From contig JAJDZH010000383.1 of assembly GCA_022824725.1 (NCBI GenBank), positions 2,563-66,562 on the forward strand: 64,000 bases of DNA, read 5' to 3'. This DNA comes from Thermoanaerobaculia bacterium. GTDB lineage: Bacteria > Acidobacteriota > Thermoanaerobaculia > Multivoradales > Multivoraceae. The notes beneath the pieces were generated by a model, which had not been told where the DNA came from, ran no database searches, and was given only the letters and a program-made list of their open reading frames with translations. The translations under genes and the position numbers were made by a program. Each line of letters begins with the position of its first letter. Within the stretch, counting starts at the first letter, position 1. This document shows, one piece after another, positions 59,820 through 64,000 of this stretch.

Positions 59820-61585
59820 ACCGGCCGTCCGGCACGCCGACCGTCCAGGAGACGCTGCAGGGAGCGGCCGCCGCCCCGGGCGTCGCGATCGGGCCGGCCG
59901 TGTGTCTTCGCGGTCACGGTGTCCAGGTTCTGCGCGTGCCGGTCCGCGGCCACGACCTGGACCGGGAGGCTGAACGCTTCAGCGCCGCCGTGAGGGCCGT
60001 CGAGGTCGAGCTGGAGGCCACCGAAAGCCGGATAGCGGAAACGTTCGGCAGCGATCTGGCGTCCATCTTCCATGCCCATTCGGTGATCCTTCGAGACTCC
60101 TCCTTTGCGCGCAGGATCGACCAGACGATTCGGGAAGACCGAGTGAACGCCGAGTGGGCCGTACAGGCGGTAGCGGACGACCTCGGCGAGAAGTTCGCGC
60201 AGGTCAAGAGCCAGCATCTGCGCGAGCGCGGCGAGGATCTGCGCGACGTCACCCGCTACCTTCTGCGCGCCCTGGCCGGCAAGAGAAGCAGCCCCGGCGT
60301 CGGCGTGGACTTCGATAGCAATGTCGTCGTCGTCAGCCACGAACTGACGCCGGACGAGGTCCTGCGCCTGGGCCGTCGTGGCGCCGTGGGCTTCGCGATC
60401 GAGGTCGGAGGCGCCAACTCCCACACGGCGATCGTCGCCCGCGCACTCGACGTTCCCCTGGTCACCGGCATCGTGGACATCACGAACCGCGTTGCCGATG
60501 ACGATCCGGTGATCGTCGACGGGGAAGAAGGATGCTTCACGCTGCACCCGACGCCTGAGACCCTCGAGCTCTACGGGGTCCTTCAGCGTCGCCGCCGACA
60601 GAAGGAAGAGGTGCTCACGACGGCAGCGAGAAAACTGCCGGCACGAAGCCGCGACGGCGTCGGAGTCGAACTGCTCGCCAACGTGGAGATTCCCGAGGAG
60701 TTCGAGGACGTGCAGCGCTTCGGTGCGGCCGGCGTCGGTCTCTACAGGAGCGAGTTCCTCTACCTCGAGAAGAGTCCGGATCTGCCCACGGAGGAGGAGT
60801 ACCTGGCCGTCGTCGGGGGGCTCCTCGAAGCTCTCGCGCCTCGGCCGGTCGTGGTCCGTACGCTCGACCTGGGCGGAAGCAAGACCGCACGCGGCCTTGA
60901 CGAACTGGAGGAGGAGAACCCGGTCCTCGGCCTGCGCGGCATCCGGCTGACTCTGGCTCGCACCGACATCTTCCGCAGCCAGTTGCGTGCCCTGTTTCGC
61001 GCGGCTGCTTGCGGCAACCTGCGCATCATGGTCCCGATGGTGACGGCGGTGGAGGAGATCCGGGCGCTGCGCAGCCTCTGTGCGGAAGTCTGCTCCGAAC
61101 TGGCGGCTGAAGGAGTCGACCACCGGCGGGACGTCGAGATCGGCGCCATGGTCGAAGTGCCGGCGACGGTTCTGATCGCCCGTCAACTCGCCGCCGAGGT
61201 GGACTTCCTGTCGATTGGCACGAACGACCTGATCCAGTACGCGCTGGCGGTCGACCGGACGAACGAGCAGGTGGCCAGTCTCTACCAGCCCTTGCATCCG
61301 GCCGTTCTGAGCATGATCCAGCTCGTCGTCGAGGCCGGTCGGCGCCAGAGGGTGCCGGTGGCCCTCTGCGGCGAGATGGCGGCCAGCCCCGAGTGCGTGC
61401 CCCTGTTGCTTGGCCTGGGCCTGCGTGAACTCTCGATGAGTCCGCGGAACATTCCGCTGGCCAAGGAGGTCGTCCGCACGGTGGACGTCGGCGACGCGGA
61501 GGAGCTAGCCAGACGCTGTGTCGCCGCTTCGACCGCCGGCGAAGTCCGGGCACTTCTCGCCGGGGCTCGCGCGTCAGCGGTCTAA
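59816..61585 (+). CDS. ptsI: phosphoenolpyruvate-protein phosphotransferase (PTS Enzyme I)
   Basis: The TTG at 59816 overlaps the HPr stop. Active-site region GGANSHTAIVARAL, plus GLYRSEFLY and SIGTNDLIQY motifs. Confidence 0.92.
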   Translation: MNRPSGTPTVQETLQGAAAAPGVAIGPAVCLRGHGVQVLRVPVRGHDLDREAERFSAAVRAVEVELEATESRIAETFGSDLASIFHAHSVILRDSSFARRIDQTIREDRVNAEWAVQAVADDLGEKFAQVKSQHLRERGEDLRDVTRYLLRALAGKRSSPGVGVDFDSNVVVVSHELTPDEVLRLGRRGAVGFAIEVGGANSHTAIVARALDVPLVTGIVDITNRVADDDPVIVDGEEGCFTLHPTPETLELYGVLQRRRRQKEEVLTTAARKLPARSRDGVGVELLANVEIPEEFEDVQRFGAAGVGLYRSEFLYLEKSPDLPTEEEYLAVVGGLLEALAPRPVVVRTLDLGGSKTARGLDELEEENPVLGLRGIRLTLARTDIFRSQLRALFRAAACGNLRIMVPMVTAVEEIRALRSLCAEVCSELAAEGVDHRRDVEIGAMVEVPATVLIARQLAAEVDFLSIGTNDLIQYALAVDRTNEQVASLYQPLHPAVLSMIQLVVEAGRRQRVPVALCGEMAASPECVPLLLGLGLRELSMSPRNIPLAKEVVRTVDVGDAEELARRCVAASTAGEVRALLAGARASAV

Positions 61586-61590
61586 GGGGA

Positions 61591-61619
61591 CCCGCGGCCC
61601 GCCGGCTTTCGGCCGCGGG
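61591..61619 (+). terminator. GC-rich hairpin after ptsI (possible terminator)
   Basis: CCCGCGGCC (61591-61599) pairs perfectly with GGCCGCGGG (61611-61619), with an 11-nt loop. It is followed by AGTAGTAATCT, with no clean U-tract. Confidence 0.4.
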
Positions 61620-61637
61620 AGTAGTAATCTCCGCGCC

Positions 61638-62984
61638 GTGGAACGCTTCTACATCGAGACGTGGGGCTGCCAGATGAACGAACTGGACAGCCAGCGCATG
61701 GCCGGGCAGTTGATGCAGCAGGGCATGATGCCGACGCGCGCACTCGAGGAGGCCGACCTGATCCTCCTGAACTCCTGCTCGGTTCGCGAGAAGGCGGCCC
61801 AGAAGGCCTACTCCCGGCTGGGCGAGTATCGGCTGCTCAAGCGCGACCGCGAGGCTCTCAGGATCGGATTCTGTGGCTGCGTCGCCCAGCAGGAAGGCGA
61901 AGAGGCGTTGCGCCGGATTCCCGATCTCGACTTCGTCGTCGGTGCCGGCCGCGTAGGGGAACTCGGGTCGGTTCTCGAACGCAGCCGCAACGGAGAGCGC
62001 GTCCTGGCGGTCGGCTTCCCGGAGGACCGTCCGTACGATTTCGAGGCGATCAGCCGGGACACCGCCCACAAGGGCATGGTGACGATCATCGAGGGCTGCG
62101 ACAAGCGCTGCACCTTCTGCGTCGTCCCGAACACAAGGGGAGCGGAGCGTTGCCGGCCGATGGCGGACATCCTGCGCGAGATCGAGCACCTTCTGGACTA
62201 CGGCTTCGTGGAGATCGAACTCCTGGGGCAGACCGTGAACCACTGGCGCGAACCCGAGCCGCCGCTCGGCAGCGGCCGGCACCGGGACTTCGCGGACCTG
62301 CTCAACGCAGCCGCCGTCCTGCCCGGCCTGAAGCGCCTGCGCTTCGTGACCTCCTATCCGCGCGACTTCACCGACCGGATGATCCGCGCCGTAGCCCGCC
62401 ACGAGAACATCTCGCCCTACCTTCACCTGCCGGTGCAGTCGGGATCGAACCGCGTGCTGCGCCGCATGGGCAGGGGATACACGGTGGAGGAGTATCTCGC
62501 GCTGGTAGACCGCCTGAGAGCGGCACGCGGGGGCCTGGCACTGTCCACGGACCTGATCGTCGGTTTTCCGGGCGAGTCCGAAGAGGACTTCCAGCGCACC
62601 CTGGAGCTGGTCGAAACGGTACGTTTCGCGACGGTGTTCGCGTTCAGGTACAGCCCCAGGCCGAACACGGCGGCCATCCGGCTACCGGCGTCGGACGAGG
62701 TGTCCCGGGAGGTCGCCGACCAGCGGTTGCAGCGTGTCTTCAAGGCACAATCCGCGATCCAGCGCGCGCTGAACGAGGAACTCGTGGGCTCGGAGTTCGA
62801 CCTCCTCGTTACCGGCTGGAGCCGGCGTGCCGGACACCAGTCCGGGCGAACGGACTGTCACCGGATCGTCCACTTTCCGGTCGCCGACCGGCCCGTGGAA
62901 ACCGGCTCGCTGGTACGGGTCCGGACCCTTCAGGCCTACGACCACTCCCTGATGGGCGAACTTCTCGCCAGTGGCGTAGGATGA
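61638..62984 (+). CDS. miaB: tRNA (N6-isopentenyl adenosine(37)-C2)-methylthiotransferase MiaB
   Basis: GTG at 61638. FYIETWGCQMNELDS is the UPF0004 N-domain. Radical-SAM CDKRCTFCVVP. A C-terminal TRAM domain. Confidence 0.92.
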   Translation: MERFYIETWGCQMNELDSQRMAGQLMQQGMMPTRALEEADLILLNSCSVREKAAQKAYSRLGEYRLLKRDREALRIGFCGCVAQQEGEEALRRIPDLDFVVGAGRVGELGSVLERSRNGERVLAVGFPEDRPYDFEAISRDTAHKGMVTIIEGCDKRCTFCVVPNTRGAERCRPMADILREIEHLLDYGFVEIELLGQTVNHWREPEPPLGSGRHRDFADLLNAAAVLPGLKRLRFVTSYPRDFTDRMIRAVARHENISPYLHLPVQSGSNRVLRRMGRGYTVEEYLALVDRLRAARGGLALSTDLIVGFPGESEEDFQRTLELVETVRFATVFAFRYSPRPNTAAIRLPASDEVSREVADQRLQRVFKAQSAIQRALNEELVGSEFDLLVTGWSRRAGHQSGRTDCHRIVHFPVADRPVETGSLVRVRTLQAYDHSLMGELLASGVG

Positions 62985-63562
62985 CCGGGATGGCGGCGGA
63001 CGAGGTCAAGGCTCAGTCGACCCGCGGGGAATCCGAGGACCGGAAGATCCCGGCCGAGGTTCACGGTCTGATGATGGAGCCGAACTCCAACCAGCCGATC
63101 GTGATCCTGAGGCTGCACGAACATGACCCGGAAGGGAGTTCGGTCGTTCCGATCTGGATCGGCATCTTCGAGGCGGGCGCCATCCAGCTTGCCATCGAGG
63201 GCAGGGACCCCGGCCGGCCGATGACTCACGATCTGCTGAAGAATGCTCTCGAACTGGTGGGCGCCGAGGTGATCGAGGTGGTCGTGAGAGCGATCGAGGG
63301 GAACACGTTTCTGGCGGTGGTCGAGCTGGTCGAGCGAACGGGCGAGCATCGCCTTCTCGATGCAAGGCCCAGCGACGCCATTGCCCTCGCCCTGCGCGCC
63401 GGTGCGCCACTCTTCGTCCGGCAGTCGGTGGCCGATCTCGCCCGCGTCAAGCAGTCCGACGAGCACGCCGGCGAGGTCCCCACGGCTGGAGCGGACGAGA
63501 AGAAGATGAAGAAGTGGCTGGAGGAACTCGACCCGAAGGCGTTGGGAAAGTACGAGATGTAG
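62981..63562 (+). CDS. bifunctional nuclease family protein (DUF151/BFN)
   Basis: ATGA overlap with miaB. PIVILRL......VPIWIG..EA.AI.........RPMTHDLL and [13 protein letters not shown] are BFN motifs. Confidence 0.85.
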   Translation: MTGMAADEVKAQSTRGESEDRKIPAEVHGLMMEPNSNQPIVILRLHEHDPEGSSVVPIWIGIFEAGAIQLAIEGRDPGRPMTHDLLKNALELVGAEVIEVVVRAIEGNTFLAVVELVERTGEHRLLDARPSDAIALALRAGAPLFVRQSVADLARVKQSDEHAGEVPTAGADEKKMKKWLEELDPKALGKYEM

Positions 63563-63569
63563 CCGGCCG

Positions 63570-64000
63570 ATGCCGACGAAGGAAGGCGATACCAGACCCG
63601 GCGCTGCGCACACTGTCGGGGAAGTTCGCCGTCCCGACGGCCGACCGGTCGGCCGGATGGTGCCGCTGGCCCGAATTGAGCCCGACCCGGATCAGCCTCG
63701 CCGCGAACTCGGAAGTCTGGACGGCCTGACCGCCTCGATTCGCGCCAGGGGCGTGCTCGAACCGATCCTGGCGCGGCCGATCGACGAGGTCGGCCCTGAC
63801 GGGGAGGCCTGCCGCCGCTACCGGATCATCTCCGGAGAACGTCGTTTCCGCGCCGCGCGGCGGGCCGGACTCAGGGAGGTTCCCTTGATCGAGATGGACG
63901 TCTCGCCCCGAGACGCCCTGGAGATCGCCCTGGTCGAGAACCTCCAGCGAGCCGATCTGACGCCATTCGAGGAGGCCGAGGGCCTGCGAACCCTGGTCGA
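63570..64000 (+). CDS. parB: ParB/Spo0J-like partition protein (3' end outside window)
   Basis: The frame-3 ORF from ATG 63570 is open to the window end, so it is not in the ORF track. [35 protein letters not shown], and [15 protein letters not shown] are ParB N-domain motifs. Confidence 0.85.
   Translation, partial: MPTKEGDTRPGAAHTVGEVRRPDGRPVGRMVPLARIEPDPDQPRRELGSLDGLTASIRARGVLEPILARPIDEVGPDGEACRRYRIISGERRFRAARRAGLREVPLIEMDVSPRDALEIALVENLQRADLTPFEEAEGLRTLV

Overview
The window is a visibly GC-rich stretch of a Gram-negative-type bacterial chromosome, and it is almost entirely core housekeeping genes. The Gram-negative call rests on the presence of Lpt, TolC, LspA, PBP1A and sigma-54 genes. 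I cannot name the taxon without a database search.

Gene content by function:
- Translation: L25, pth, S6, S18, L9, def, cysS, miaB, rluB, rluD.
- DNA repair and replication: uvrB, uvrC, recG, dnaB, priA, recJ, scpAB, and a partial parB.
- Envelope: PBP1A, ldcA, lspA, alr, a fused LptC/LptA-like protein, lptB, a TolC-like protein and a bactofilin.
- Transport: H+-pyrophosphatase, feoAB, SulP, MscS.
- Regulation: a complete rpoN-ptsN-rapZ-EIIA(Man)-HPr-EI regulatory PTS block.
- RNA genes: a type-A RNase P RNA, five tRNAs (Gly-CCC, Gly-GCC, Cys-GCA, Leu-TAA, Leu-CAA) and one tRNA-Leu 3' fragment.

Genes are packed into long co-directional arrays. Many junctions are ATGA, GTGA or TTGA start/stop overlaps.

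I found no CRISPR array, transposase, integrase, phage genes, or a recognisable defence or toxin system. I could not identify a clear novel multi-gene system, and the region reads as ordinary core genome.

The points most worth a second look:
1. A textbook sigma-54 promoter in front of a secreted FecR-like, Trp/Tyr/Gly-rich protein that also carries an in-frame 51-bp tandem repeat.
2. A second sigma-54-like site in an unusually long lptB-rpoN spacer.
3. A 744-aa single-polypeptide LptC/LptA-like protein.
4. A duplicated tRNA-Leu 3' half, which may be an att-site scar.
5. Two genes (alr and a methyltransferase) whose conserved N-termini have no ATG, GTG or TTG available and appear to start at CTG.
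6. An RNase P RNA wedged between uvrC and ldcA with no spacer before ldcA.

All functional calls come from reading the translated ORFs and recalling family motifs. No search was run.
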